DNA of 64,000 nucleotides from Candidatus Velthaea sp. (GCA_965214935.1 CBDCCS010000011.1:64001-128000); one strand, 5' to 3'. Positions 38,839-48,818 are shown, counted from the first letter of the stretch. Numbers and translations are program-made. The notes: generated by a model from the sequence alone, not told the origin.

Positions 38839-40854
38839 CTGGCCGGAGTCGGGCCCGAACTCGCGCGCCGATTTGCCGAACTCGATATCGAAACGGTCGA
38901 CGATCTGTTGGGATACTTGCCGCGTGCGTATCGCGATTGGCGCGTGCCCGCGCCGATCGCGACGCTCGAGCCGGGCGAGGCGCTCGTGGTCGGTACGATC
39001 GTGCAGGTACGCGAACGTCCGGGCCGGGCACCGCTGATCTCCGTCGATGTTGCGGACGGCAGTGGAAGCATCGCCGCCAAGTGGTTCGGCCGGCGCCATC
39101 TATTTGGTAAATTCTCCGCCGGCGAGCGGATCTTCGTCGCCGGCCGCGTTGCTTGGGCCGGACGTGCGCTGGAACTCAACGTCAGCGAGCATCGCATTCT
39201 GGCCGAAGGCGAAGCCTATCGCGGCGAGATGGTGCCGGTCTACGGCGCGACCAAGGACTTGACGTCGCGCCAGATTCGCACCGTTATCGCGAAGAACTTC
39301 GCTACGCTCGTTGCGCGCCGGACCGACGCGCTGCCCGCGGCGCTCGCGCAGCGCCTTGATTTTCCGCCGTTAGCGCAAGCGTGGCAGGCCGTTCACGCAC
39401 CGCGGACGCCCGACGACGTGGCCGGTGGCCGGCGCCGCATCGTGTTCGAGGAGTTTTTCGGCATCGCGCTCGCGGCAGCGCTCAAGCGCGCTCGGCGCGA
39501 AGCTGCCGGCGGCGCACCGCCGCTCCCGGCGGCACCGGACTTGTGGCCGGAGTTCCGCGCGCAGCTTCCGTTTGCGCCGACGCATGCGCAGCAGCGCGTC
39601 ATCGACGCCATCTGGAGCGACATGGCGCGTTCCGCACCGATGAACCGCTTATTGCAAGGTGATGTAGGGAGCGGCAAGACGCTCGTGGCGGCCGCGGCGA
39701 TCGTGCTTGCCCATAGCGGCGGAATGCAAAGCGCTCTGATGGCGCCGACCGAGATTCTTGCCGCGCAACATGCAGCGAAACTCGCACCGCTGCTGCAGCC
39801 GTTCGGCATCGCCGTCGAGGCGGTCTTCGGCAGTCTCGGCGCGCGCGAACGGCGGCAGGCGAACGATCGAATCCGCTCGGGCGAAGCTGCGTTGGCCGTC
39901 GGAACGCATGCCTTGCTCACCGACAGCGTCAAGTTTGCCCGCCTGGGCTTTGTCGTTATCGACGAGCAGCATCGTTTCGGCGTCGCGCAGCGCGCGCGCC
40001 TGCGGGGCAAAGCAATCGCTCCGCATACGTTGTACATGACGGCGACGCCGATTCCGCGCACGCTCGCTCAAACGCGCTACGCGGATCTCGATCTGTCGGT
40101 CATCGATGAATTGCCGCCCGGCCGGACGGCAATCGAGACGTACGTTCTACGTGCCACCCGCACGGCGCAAGCCTATGAATTCGTGCGTAAAAACGTTGCG
40201 CTCGGACGGCAAGCGTATATCGTCGCACCGGCGATCGACGCAAGTGAAACGGCATTGACCGGTGCACTTGGCGAAGCGCAGCGCGTCGCTCGCGACGTCT
40301 TTCCCGAGTTGCACGTCGACGTGTTGCACGGTAAGCTGCCGGCGCAAACCAAAGCCGCCGTGATGCGACGCTTCAACGACGGAGAAATCGACGTGCTCGT
40401 TGCAACGACGGTCGTCGAAGTCGGCGTCGACGTTCCGAATGCGAGCGTGATGGTTATCCTCGATGCGCACCGTTACGGACTTGCACAGTTGCATCAGCTG
40501 CGCGGTCGTGTCGGACGCGGTGTCGAGCGCTCGTATTGTCTGCTGATCGCACCCGACGATTCCGATGCAATCGAACGGCTCGAGATCGTCGCCGGAACGA
40601 CCGATGGATTTATCATCGCGCAAGAAGATCTGCGGTTGCGCCGTGAAGGCGAATTTGCGGGAACGGCGCAAGCCGGAGCGGGGCTCGGGACGGTCGGCAG
40701 CATCGTCGCCGACTTCGAGCTGTACATGCAAGCGAAAGCGGAGGCCGATGCAATCGTTGCCCGAGATCCCGACTTCCAGGCGCCTGAAAATCGCCGGCTA
40801 CCGGTGCTTGTCGACTCGGTCGCCGCTGCACGCGCGATGCTGGTGACGTCATGA
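38839..40854 (+). CDS. recG: ATP-dependent DNA helicase RecG (start non-canonical or uncertain; first TTG at 38908)
   Basis: RLLQGDVGSGKT, DEQHRFG, MTATPIPRT, QLHQLRGRVGRG; conserved N-terminal LAGVGP...TVDDLL lies upstream of the first standard start codon. Confidence 0.95.
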   Translation: MAGVGPELARRFAELDIETVDDLLGYLPRAYRDWRVPAPIATLEPGEALVVGTIVQVRERPGRAPLISVDVADGSGSIAAKWFGRRHLFGKFSAGERIFVAGRVAWAGRALELNVSEHRILAEGEAYRGEMVPVYGATKDLTSRQIRTVIAKNFATLVARRTDALPAALAQRLDFPPLAQAWQAVHAPRTPDDVAGGRRRIVFEEFFGIALAAALKRARREAAGGAPPLPAAPDLWPEFRAQLPFAPTHAQQRVIDAIWSDMARSAPMNRLLQGDVGSGKTLVAAAAIVLAHSGGMQSALMAPTEILAAQHAAKLAPLLQPFGIAVEAVFGSLGARERRQANDRIRSGEAALAVGTHALLTDSVKFARLGFVVIDEQHRFGVAQRARLRGKAIAPHTLYMTATPIPRTLAQTRYADLDLSVIDELPPGRTAIETYVLRATRTAQAYEFVRKNVALGRQAYIVAPAIDASETALTGALGEAQRVARDVFPELHVDVLHGKLPAQTKAAVMRRFNDGEIDVLVATTVVEVGVDVPNASVMVILDAHRYGLAQLHQLRGRVGRGVERSYCLLIAPDDSDAIERLEIVAGTTDGFIIAQEDLRLRREGEFAGTAQAGAGLGTVGSIVADFELYMQAKAEADAIVARDPDFQAPENRRLPVLVDSVAAARAMLVTS

Positions 40855-41540
40855 GCGGGACGCTTGCGGTCGGCTTCGACTTCGATCATACGCTAGGCTT
40901 GGACAACGGTCTGGAGACGACGGCATTTTACCGTTTAGGCGCGGCGCTGGGCCATTCGTTAAGCGAACGCGATACCGAGTGGTCAAGTACGATCGCCGCG
41001 GCATTGCACGAGTTTCGCGCCGGTCTCATTACCCTCGACGACGCGGTTGCGCGGTTCGTCACGCGGCTCGAACTCGACTCGCCCAAAGATTGCGGCACGC
41101 AGTACCGTGAGATTTGTTACTCGCTCGTCGACGAACTCGTCACGCCGATCGACGGCGCGCACGAGATCGTCGCAGCGTTGGCCCAGCGCGACATTCCGAC
41201 GGCGATTTTGACCAACGGCTGGAGTCCGCTGCAATCGCTTAAAATCGCACGTGCACTCGATTACTCCGGCACGATTTTAGTCAGCGACTCGATCGGCGTA
41301 CTCAAGCCGCACCCCGCAGCGTTCGCGGCGCTCGTCGATACGCTGGGCGTGGCACCCGAACGGATCTGGTTCGTCGGCGACAACCCGACCACGGATATCT
41401 TGGGCGCCCAAGCCGCCGGCATGCACGGCGTCTGGTTCGATTGGGAGAATCTCGCCTATCCGGCCGACGCGCCGCATCCCGAGTTTCATATTCGGCATCT
41501 CAACGAGCTGCTCGACGTGCTGCGGGGCTCGGTGATTTAG
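40851..41540 (+). CDS. HAD-superfamily hydrolase
   Basis: FDFDHTL, LTNG, KPHP and VGDNPTTDI motifs. Confidence 0.88.
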   Translation: MSGTLAVGFDFDHTLGLDNGLETTAFYRLGAALGHSLSERDTEWSSTIAAALHEFRAGLITLDDAVARFVTRLELDSPKDCGTQYREICYSLVDELVTPIDGAHEIVAALAQRDIPTAILTNGWSPLQSLKIARALDYSGTILVSDSIGVLKPHPAAFAALVDTLGVAPERIWFVGDNPTTDILGAQAAGMHGVWFDWENLAYPADAPHPEFHIRHLNELLDVLRGSVI

Positions 41541-41565
41541 AACGAGAACGGCTGGGCCTAGTTCG

Positions 41566-42117
41566 ATGGGCACGCTTAAAGTAACCGGCGGTACGCTGCG
41601 TAGCCGAAGCGTATCTGCGCCGAGCGGACGCAACGTTCGCCCGACCCCTGCGCGCGTCAAAGAGGCGCTTTTTTCTATCATCGCAAGCCGGATAGGCGAT
41701 GCGGCGGTTTTGGATTTGTTTTCCGGCAGCGGCGCACTTGGATTCGAGGCGCTTTCACGCGGTGCCGCACACGTCACCTTCGTTGAATCGCACCGCCCGA
41801 CCGCTCGTTCGCTGGAGCGAACGGCCGGCGCGTTGGGTGTTGCCGAGCGGATGCGCGTTATCGCGGTTCCCGCCGAACGCGCGACGGAGACGCTGAGCGG
41901 TCGATTCGATCTGGTTTTTGCCGATCCGCCGTATGCGCTGGCTTTTCCGGCAGCGGTTTTTGCGCGCTTAGCGGAGCGCGGCAACATCGACACGCTGAGC
42001 TTAGTCGTGTACGAGCATAGTTCGGCGGCCGGCGCGCCCGACGACCCGCGTTTCGTCGTCACCCGCACCGCCCGATACGGTTCGGTCGCACTAACGTTCC
42101 TGCGAGTTGCGGCGTGA
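41566..42117 (+). CDS. rsmD: 16S rRNA m2G966 methyltransferase
   Basis: RPTPARVKEALF, LDLFSGSGALGFEALSRGA, DPPY; precedes coaD. Confidence 0.93.
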   Translation: MGTLKVTGGTLRSRSVSAPSGRNVRPTPARVKEALFSIIASRIGDAAVLDLFSGSGALGFEALSRGAAHVTFVESHRPTARSLERTAGALGVAERMRVIAVPAERATETLSGRFDLVFADPPYALAFPAAVFARLAERGNIDTLSLVVYEHSSAAGAPDDPRFVVTRTARYGSVALTFLRVAA

Positions 42118-42626
42118 TGGCCGCCCGCCGTCTCGGAGTCCGGGCGATTTACCCCGGTTCGTTCGATCCGCTCACCGTCGGACATGTCGACGTGATCGAA
42201 CGCGCAGCGGCCATTTTCGAACGCGTACTCGTTGCCGTCGTGGTCAATCCGCAAAAACGCGAACCGCTTTTTTCACGTGAGGAACGCAAAGGGATGATTG
42301 CCGAATCGTTGCATCATGTGACGAACGTCGAGGTCACCGATTTTCGGGGGCTCCTGGCACACTTTGTCAAAGCGCAAGAGATCGACGTCATCGTCAAAGG
42401 CTTGCGCGTCGTATCCGATTTCGAGAGTGAGATGTCGACCGCGCTGATGAATCGCTCGTTATCGAACGTTGAAACGGTATTTCTGCCCAGCGATCCGCGG
42501 TATTCGTTCTTGAGCTCGAGCTTGGTCAAAGAAGTGTTCTTCTTGGGCGGTGATATCGAGCAGTATGTCCCGTCTCCGGTCTTGCGTACCTTACATCAGA
42601 AGCGCGCCGTCCTTCGGCCGGCGTAG
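42117..42626 (+). CDS. coaD: phosphopantetheine adenylyltransferase
   Basis: YPGSFDPLTVGH, KGLR..SDFE and SSSLVKEV. Confidence 0.97.
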   Translation: MAARRLGVRAIYPGSFDPLTVGHVDVIERAAAIFERVLVAVVVNPQKREPLFSREERKGMIAESLHHVTNVEVTDFRGLLAHFVKAQEIDVIVKGLRVVSDFESEMSTALMNRSLSNVETVFLPSDPRYSFLSSSLVKEVFFLGGDIEQYVPSPVLRTLHQKRAVLRPA

Positions 42627-42656
42627 CCGCGCGAAGTTCAGATCGAAGGAGTCGAC

Positions 42657-43220
42657 TTGTCAATTTACCGGGTGATCGATAAACTTGAAGCATACATCAA
42701 AGACGGCACGGCGCTGCCGCTCAAGTATCGGGTGTTGAGCGAAGAACGCCTTATTGAGTTCATCGAGAAAATGCGTTCGACGTTGCCCGAGGAAGTCGGC
42801 CGGGCGAAGCTGATCGCGCGCGACAAAGATCGCGTCTTACGCGAGGCGCAAGAGAAAGCGCAGTCGATCGTTACCGAAGCGTCGACGGCACATGCCGCAA
42901 TGATCGACGAACACGAAATCGTTCGCCAGGCGCAACGTGCGGCCGAAGCCGTTCTCAACGCCGCCGAAGAGCATGCCGTGCGAATCCGTAACGGCGCCGA
43001 TGTGTATGCCGCACACGTTTTGAACGACCTCGACAACCGTTTGACGACCGCGCTGGGTTCGGTCAAGAAGGGCGTCGAGGCACTCGCCGGCGGGCGTAAC
43101 GCGCCGGCTGCCGTACCGCTCGCCGAAGCCGCCGCCAAATCCAAACGCGTTGCGTTCGATACGCAGCACGAGCAACATTTGCGCGACACCGCGCAATTGG
43201 AGTCGGTGCACGTCAGCTAG
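42657..43220 (+). CDS. coiled-coil protein commonly following coaD (SepIVA/DivIVA-like)
   Basis: GAAGGAG RBS; LPEE...A; long Ala/Glu coiled coil; GADVYA...L. Confidence 0.65.
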   Translation: MSIYRVIDKLEAYIKDGTALPLKYRVLSEERLIEFIEKMRSTLPEEVGRAKLIARDKDRVLREAQEKAQSIVTEASTAHAAMIDEHEIVRQAQRAAEAVLNAAEEHAVRIRNGADVYAAHVLNDLDNRLTTALGSVKKGVEALAGGRNAPAAVPLAEAAAKSKRVAFDTQHEQHLRDTAQLESVHVS

Positions 43221-43263
43221 CCGGGTTCGCTGCGGCGCGATCTGCTCGCGCGGGTACTGACCG

Positions 43264-44004
43264 CTGACGGGCTGGCTGCCGGCCGGGACGGCGTTTTTGG
43301 CCTCGTCGGTCGAAGCTGTTGAAGCGCTGACGATCGTCCTGGCCGTCGGCGTCACTCGTTCGTGGCGTTCGGCACTTAGCGGGGCGGCTTGGGCGCTGGC
43401 AACGTTGGCTGGTGTCGTCGCCGTCTTCGGGCCGGCGATCGTCACCTTCGTACCGCTCGGCGCACTCAAAGCGATCGTCGGTACATTTTTGCTGGTGTTC
43501 GGGATGGCCTGGCTGCGCAAAGCCATCTTACGCTACAGCGGCCGCAAGGCGCTGCACGACGAAACCGCCGTCTACGCACGCCGGACGAAGTCCCTGCTCG
43601 ATGTCCCGGCTCGCTCGGGATTCGACCGGCTCGCATTTTTCACGGCGTATAACGCGGTACTTCTCGAAGGGCTCGAAGTCGCCGTCATCGTGGTCACGTT
43701 CGGCGCTGCATCGGCGGCCGGACTGCGCTGGGCGGCTGCCGGTGCGGCAGCCGCCGTCGCTATCGTCACCGCCGCCGGCATCGTGCTGCGCAAACCGTTT
43801 AGCCGCGTGCCGGAGAATGCACTCAAGTTCACGGTCGGAATCATGTTGACGTCATTCGGAACGTTCTGGTGCGGCGAAGGGATCGGGATCGTGTGGTGGC
43901 GCGACGATCTCTCGATCGGTCCAATTGTCGGGGTGTATTTGGGCGTCTCTGCGCTTACGATCGCGGCCGCCCGGCGTACGCCCGCGATGCGGCCCGTTGC
44001 GTGA
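43264..44004 (+). CDS. COG4280-like membrane protein (start possibly CTG 43264; first TTG 43297)
   Basis: Duplicated ExxE motifs (VEAVEALTIVLAVG; LEGLEVAVIV), WLRKAILR, VPENALKF. Confidence 0.75.
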   Translation: MTGWLPAGTAFLASSVEAVEALTIVLAVGVTRSWRSALSGAAWALATLAGVVAVFGPAIVTFVPLGALKAIVGTFLLVFGMAWLRKAILRYSGRKALHDETAVYARRTKSLLDVPARSGFDRLAFFTAYNAVLLEGLEVAVIVVTFGAASAAGLRWAAAGAAAAVAIVTAAGIVLRKPFSRVPENALKFTVGIMLTSFGTFWCGEGIGIVWWRDDLSIGPIVGVYLGVSALTIAAARRTPAMRPVA

Positions 44005-44189
44005 AGCTGCGTGCCGTTTGGACGTTTGTGGCCGGCGACTCGAAGTGTGCGCCGCTCGCCGTCGCCGTCGCCATCGGCGTCGCGGCCGTGCTGCTCCGCG
44101 CATCGCCGCAACTGGCCGCCGCGATCGGTGCAATTTTCATTGCTATTCTTGCTGCCGGTCTCGTCGCCGGTGTATTCGAACGAACGTAA
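44001..44189 (+). CDS. small membrane protein (62 aa)
   Basis: GTGA overlap with upstream gene; W.FVAGD then two hydrophobic helices. Confidence 0.6.
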   Translation: MKLRAVWTFVAGDSKCAPLAVAVAIGVAAVLLRASPQLAAAIGAIFIAILAAGLVAGVFERT

Positions 44190-44217
44190 GCGCCCGCTAA
44201 GAACGCGGTCGCGGCAG

Positions 44218-45165
44218 CTACACGGGTGGAGCTTGCACTCCGTGCGCGAACGCTTCGAGGAGCGCGCGGTCGATCGCCCGGACCCGCCCGCGATCGAGTT
44301 CGACGGCGTTGGCATTCTTGAGCCGCAGCAGGGCGCGTGCCGCCATGTCGCGCACGGTCCCGGCAGCGGCTGCAATCTGCGCTTGCGAAAGGTTCTCGAC
44401 GCCGGGCAAGCCGGCGGCCATCCCGGTCGTCGCCGGCGCGTACGACATGAGAAATTTCGCCACGCGTTGCAAAACATGCGCGAAGGCGAGATCGGCGATC
44501 GTATCGATCGAACGCCGCCGCGCTTGTGAAGCCGCGGCAAGAAAGCCCATAGCAAGTTCGCTATCGTTGCGAACGGCGTGGATGACGGCTTCGGCTGGAA
44601 TCATGACGATGGTCGTATCGGTCAGCGCTTCGGCTCGGGTCGTCGCTCCGCCGCCGTCGAAAGTGCCCGATTCGTTGAGCGGATCGTGCGTCAGACGCTC
44701 GCCCAGCGAATGCGTTTTGCCGTCCGGCGAAAGCAGCGTATAGACGACTTTGCCGCTGCGCACGAAGGCGAGATACGGCCAGACTTCGCCTTCGTCGAAA
44801 ATGGTGTCGCTTTGGCGGTAGTTGCGCTCGGTCGCCGTTTGAGCGAGATCCGAAATCGTGCCGGCCTTGGCGGTGGCAAAGGGCGCGCAGTGCGATAGGA
44901 ACGTCGCGGCATCGGCACGCTCGTCGATGCGTTCGAGCCGGATGGTCCAGCGGCCCGAGCCGCGATTGCGGGCGTCCCAGGAAAAGCGTCCCGGCCGGTA
45001 TTGCGCAAACTCGTTGCGTAACGACCGCGGATCGGCTTCTTCGTTCAACTCGAGCACCGCACCGACGCCTAGCCGGTCGAAGGCCTCGAAAATTTTGGCG
45101 CTGCGATTCGTCGCTGGAAGAGCGCGTGCGTCAATCGAGATCGCCGGTGCTCGGACGGTGGCCAT
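44218..45165 (-). CDS. Crp/Fnr-family regulator with N-terminal DUF2249-like domain
   Basis: N-term IDARALP...IFEAFDRL...DPRSL...W; cNMP-binding-like core; C-terminal HTH SQAQIAAAAGTVRD. Confidence 0.8.
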   Translation of the reverse strand: MATVRAPAISIDARALPATNRSAKIFEAFDRLGVGAVLELNEEADPRSLRNEFAQYRPGRFSWDARNRGSGRWTIRLERIDERADAATFLSHCAPFATAKAGTISDLAQTATERNYRQSDTIFDEGEVWPYLAFVRSGKVVYTLLSPDGKTHSLGERLTHDPLNESGTFDGGGATTRAEALTDTTIVMIPAEAVIHAVRNDSELAMGFLAAASQARRRSIDTIADLAFAHVLQRVAKFLMSYAPATTGMAAGLPGVENLSQAQIAAAAGTVRDMAARALLRLKNANAVELDRGRVRAIDRALLEAFAHGVQAPPV

Positions 45166-45224
45166 CACCTGCTTAGATGCGCCTCAACGGGTAGGCATTC
45201 CCTGCGGCTCGAAATTCGGCTGCC

Positions 45225-46550
45225 ATGCCCAATCTTCGCCGCCGGGTCGCGCGCGGGCTCGATGGTCTGGCGATTCTCGTAATCGCGTTTGCGCTGTATC
45301 ATTTCTTTGTTGCGCCGCGTCTGCAGCCGGCGGTTGCGATCCCGGCTCCGCCGATTGCGCTACCACAGCTCAACGGCGGACGTTTTACCTTAGCTGCCCA
45401 TCGCGGCCGGGTCGTGTTCCTCGATTTTTGGGCCTCCTGGTGCCAACCGTGTCGAGAGTCGCTGCCGCTCGTCGAGCACTACGCACGCAATCATCCCGAC
45501 GTCGACGTCGTCGCCGTGGACGTCGCGGAAGCTACGTCGACGGCCGCCGGCTTTGCTCGCGAGCATCAATTGCGCAACGTCGTGCTCGACGCGGATGAAA
45601 TCGCAGCGCACGCCTACGGTGTAGATGGCTTTCCGACGATGATCGTCGTCGATCCGGCCGGTACGATTCGCGCCAAATGGAGCGGGTTCAATCCGGCGAT
45701 CGAACTTGCGATGGCCGATGCGCGTACGCGCTACAAACGCCGCTCGGCGGCCGTCGGGCCGTTCGGAAGCGTACCCGCGGGTGCCGCTGAACTCGGCGCC
45801 GCCGCGCCGCCGAAACCGCCGACATTCGTCATCGAAGACGATCCCAATACCCTCGATACGATTCGCAATACACCTTTTGGCTGGGCGCTCGGACCGCTTA
45901 CCCAAGGCTATCTCTTCCTCGTCAACGACCGAGGAGCGCTCGTCCCGGATCGCGCGCTCGCCGTCCCCTCGGTACGCAACGGAGGTATTTCCGCCGATGG
46001 CCGGACGATCACGTATCGTATCCGTGTCGGCCGCTGGTCCGACGGCCGGCCGTTCGATGCGCACGACGTCGGCTTCACCATCGATGCGCTACGCAATCCG
46101 AAAACGGCGGTGCCCGATACGTCGTCGGTTGCGGCGATCGGGTCCTATCAGATTCCCGATGCGCGGACGCTCGTCGTGCACCTCAAGACACCATCGGCAC
46201 CGTTCGTGACCTCGTTTCTCAGCGAAGGTGCCAGCGATCCGTTTAGCATTTTGCCGCGTCACATCGCGGCGGCTTATGCCTCGCTTGACCGCAGTTCGCT
46301 CGACACCGAGCCGATCGGCTTGGGTCCGTTTCGGCTGACGCAGTGGCGCCGTGGCGAGCGGCTGCGGTTCGAGCGCAATCCGTATTTCTGGCGTGGACCA
46401 GCGCGCAGTCCCGCCATCCGGGTGCTCGTCGAGCCCAACGCGGCAACCCGGCTGCTGCTCGTGCGGACCGGCGAGGCTGATGCCGTCGATCTGCCCGGCG
46501 CAATGGTCGACGCTGCGCGTGCGTTACCGCCATCCGGATCGCGGCCGTGA
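45225..46550 (+). CDS. TlpA-like thioredoxin fused to N-terminal part of family-5 ABC substrate-binding domain (frameshifted)
   Basis: FWASWCQPC; ISADGRTITY, WSDGRPF...DV.FT, PIGLGPF, RNPYFW. Confidence 0.8.
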   Translation: MPNLRRRVARGLDGLAILVIAFALYHFFVAPRLQPAVAIPAPPIALPQLNGGRFTLAAHRGRVVFLDFWASWCQPCRESLPLVEHYARNHPDVDVVAVDVAEATSTAAGFAREHQLRNVVLDADEIAAHAYGVDGFPTMIVVDPAGTIRAKWSGFNPAIELAMADARTRYKRRSAAVGPFGSVPAGAAELGAAAPPKPPTFVIEDDPNTLDTIRNTPFGWALGPLTQGYLFLVNDRGALVPDRALAVPSVRNGGISADGRTITYRIRVGRWSDGRPFDAHDVGFTIDALRNPKTAVPDTSSVAAIGSYQIPDARTLVVHLKTPSAPFVTSFLSEGASDPFSILPRHIAAAYASLDRSSLDTEPIGLGPFRLTQWRRGERLRFERNPYFWRGPARSPAIRVLVEPNAATRLLLVRTGEADAVDLPGAMVDAARALPPSGSRP

Positions 46551-47287
46551 CCACCAACATCGTCGATTACATTCAGCTCAATTTGCGCTCTCCGGTCTTT
46601 CGCGATCCGAGCGCACGGCTTGCCGTCGCTCGCGCGATCGACCGGCGACGCTTGGCAGCCGAGGTCTACCGGTCGACGCTCGTTCCGACCGACGGCGTTC
46701 AGAGCGATTCGCGTTATGGGGCGACGCGCCGCATCCCCGGACCTGCGCCCGGCGTTCGTCCGGCCGCATCGGGCGGCGCGCCGCGCGCGCTCGATTTTGC
46801 AATTGCGTCGGACTGGCGCAATAGTGCGGGCGCCGCGGTTGCTATTGCCGCCGAGTTGACGAACGCCGGCTTTTTGCCGACGATTCGCGGCTATTCGGAA
46901 GCGGCGTTTTGGGGCGCGAAAGAAGCCGGCGGCATCCTTGAAAACGGCCGTTACGATCTTGCACTGACGTCGTGGTCGCCGGGTCTCGATCCGGATCGCT
47001 CGTATCTTTTCGGTTGCGCGGCAACGCCGCCGGGCGGCGGCAATTCGATGTATTTCTGCGATCGCGCGTACGATCGCGATGAACGCTTGGGGGCACGCAC
47101 GTACGATCCGCTCGTGCGTGCCGCCTTTTACCGTGACGCCGGAAACCGGCTCGTTGCAGCGTTACCGATGTTGCCGCTGGGATTCGAGCGCCGCACCTAC
47201 GCCGTCAATGTCCGCTTGCTGGGCTTCCGGCCGAACGTACTGGGCCGCGATTTCTGGAATGCATGGCAATTCGGCACGACTCCGTAA
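46547..47287 (+). CDS. C-terminal part of family-5 ABC substrate-binding domain (continuation after apparent -1 frameshift)
   Basis: N...PVFRD...RLAVARAIDR; no signal peptide; frame reads IRIAAVTTN upstream of GTG. Confidence 0.7.
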   Translation: MTTNIVDYIQLNLRSPVFRDPSARLAVARAIDRRRLAAEVYRSTLVPTDGVQSDSRYGATRRIPGPAPGVRPAASGGAPRALDFAIASDWRNSAGAAVAIAAELTNAGFLPTIRGYSEAAFWGAKEAGGILENGRYDLALTSWSPGLDPDRSYLFGCAATPPGGGNSMYFCDRAYDRDERLGARTYDPLVRAAFYRDAGNRLVAALPMLPLGFERRTYAVNVRLLGFRPNVLGRDFWNAWQFGTTP

Positions 47288-47317
47288 CGGGCGCCCGGTC
47301 ACGCACCGGTCGCGCCG

Positions 47318-48124
47318 TTATCGCGCGCGGAAAAGCGGTGCGCGCTTAGCGCTAAACGCTTGCGTGCCTTCGCGAAAATCCGCCGTATCGATCAGGCCGG
47401 CAAAGTGCCGAGCCTCAATCGCGAGCGCATCGTCGAGCCGTCGTTCGGCGCCGTCATCGATCGCTGCTTTCGCCGCCGTGATTGCAAGCGGAGCTTTCGC
47501 TGCAATCAACTCGGCAATGCGGCGTGCTTCGTCCATCAACGCAGCGCCCGGAACGACGCGTTGCACCAAACCGATGCGTAACGCTTCGGCGGCATCGATC
47601 GGCTCGCCGGAAAGGCACAAGTACATCGCCATTCCGCGGCCGACGAGCCGAGCTAAACGCTGCGTCCCGCCGTAGCCCGGTATTAAGCCTAAATTAACTT
47701 CGGGCTGTCCGAAACGAGCCGACTCGCTTGCGATACGAATGTCGGCGGCTAATGCAAGTTCGCATCCACCGCCGAGCGCGTATCCGTTAACCGCTGCGAT
47801 GACCGGCGCGTGCAACCGTTCCATCCGGCGCGTAATCGATTGTCCCAAGCGCGCGAGATGCAGACCTTCGGCGCCGTCGTGCAATGCACCCAATTCGGTG
47901 ATATCTGCTCCGGCAGCAAACGCTCTGTCGCCCGCGCCGGTGAGAATGACCGCGCGTACGGCTGCGTCCGCTTCGATCGTGGTAAGTGCGGCGGAAAGTT
48001 CGTCGAATACGCGCGCGTTGAGCGCATTGCGTACCGCCGGCCGATCGATGGTCAACGTCACGATGCCGTTCTGCATGTGAACGGCGAGCAATTCATTCAT
48101 CGCCGTTCGGCTTTGGTCGGTCAT
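47318..48124 (-). CDS. enoyl-CoA hydratase/isomerase family protein
   Basis: AFAAGADI, AVNGYALGGGCELA, GQPEVNLGLIPGYGGTQRL. Confidence 0.93.
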   Translation of the reverse strand: MTDQSRTAMNELLAVHMQNGIVTLTIDRPAVRNALNARVFDELSAALTTIEADAAVRAVILTGAGDRAFAAGADITELGALHDGAEGLHLARLGQSITRRMERLHAPVIAAVNGYALGGGCELALAADIRIASESARFGQPEVNLGLIPGYGGTQRLARLVGRGMAMYLCLSGEPIDAAEALRIGLVQRVVPGAALMDEARRIAELIAAKAPLAITAAKAAIDDGAERRLDDALAIEARHFAGLIDTADFREGTQAFSAKRAPLFRAR

Positions 48125-48150
48125 CGCATCAGCCCTTTTTACGCGGTGCA

Positions 48151-48179
48151 CGGACAGCCGCAACGTTTTTTGGTATAAC
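48151..48179 (+). promoter_or_regulatory. putative leaderless promoter of phoU
   Basis: CGGACA-17 nt-TATAAC with extended TG; ATG 6 nt downstream; no RBS. Confidence 0.55.
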
Positions 48180-48185
48180 AGCTAT

Positions 48186-48818
48186 ATGCGTACCGCCTAT
48201 CATCAGTCTTTGGAAAATACGCGGCTCGACGTCGTGCGGCTCGGCGCGTTAGCGGAGGACGCGATTCATTCGGCGGCTCAAGCACTCGAACGGCGGGACG
48301 TCACACTGGCCGGACGCGTCATTGCCGGTGACGACGAGATCGATGAGATGCGACGCTCCGTCGAGGCGTCTTGCATCGAGCTGATTTGGAAGCAGCAACC
48401 CGTCGCGGGCGAGCTGCGTTCGATTGCGGGAATGTTGCAGATCGTCACGGATCTTGAGCGCATCGGCGATTACGCCGTCGACATCTCGAAGAATGCAATT
48501 AAGCTCGCCGACGTGGCCGTCCGTCCGGCGACGGTTGAAACAGGGCGAATTGCCGCTTTGGCACAAGCGATGCTTTCCGATGTCATGCGCGCGTATCGCG
48601 AAGCCGACAACGATCTCTGCGATGCGGTCATCGAACGCGACGATCAGGTCGACGAACTGTACCGCGACGGCATCGCCGCGTTGCAGCGCGAGATGCAGAG
48701 CGATCCGCAAGTCGTCCCGGCCGGTACGCTGCTGCTCTTCGTCATCTCGATCATCGAGCGAGTCGGCGATCGTGCGCAAAACATTGCCTGGCATACCAAG
48801 GACATCTACGAGCGATGA
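48186..48818 (+). CDS. phoU: phosphate signalling protein PhoU
   Basis: QQPVAGELR, DLERIGD and ERVGDRAQNIA repeats. Confidence 0.93.
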   Translation: MRTAYHQSLENTRLDVVRLGALAEDAIHSAAQALERRDVTLAGRVIAGDDEIDEMRRSVEASCIELIWKQQPVAGELRSIAGMLQIVTDLERIGDYAVDISKNAIKLADVAVRPATVETGRIAALAQAMLSDVMRAYREADNDLCDAVIERDDQVDELYRDGIAALQREMQSDPQVVPAGTLLLFVISIIERVGDRAQNIAWHTKDIYER

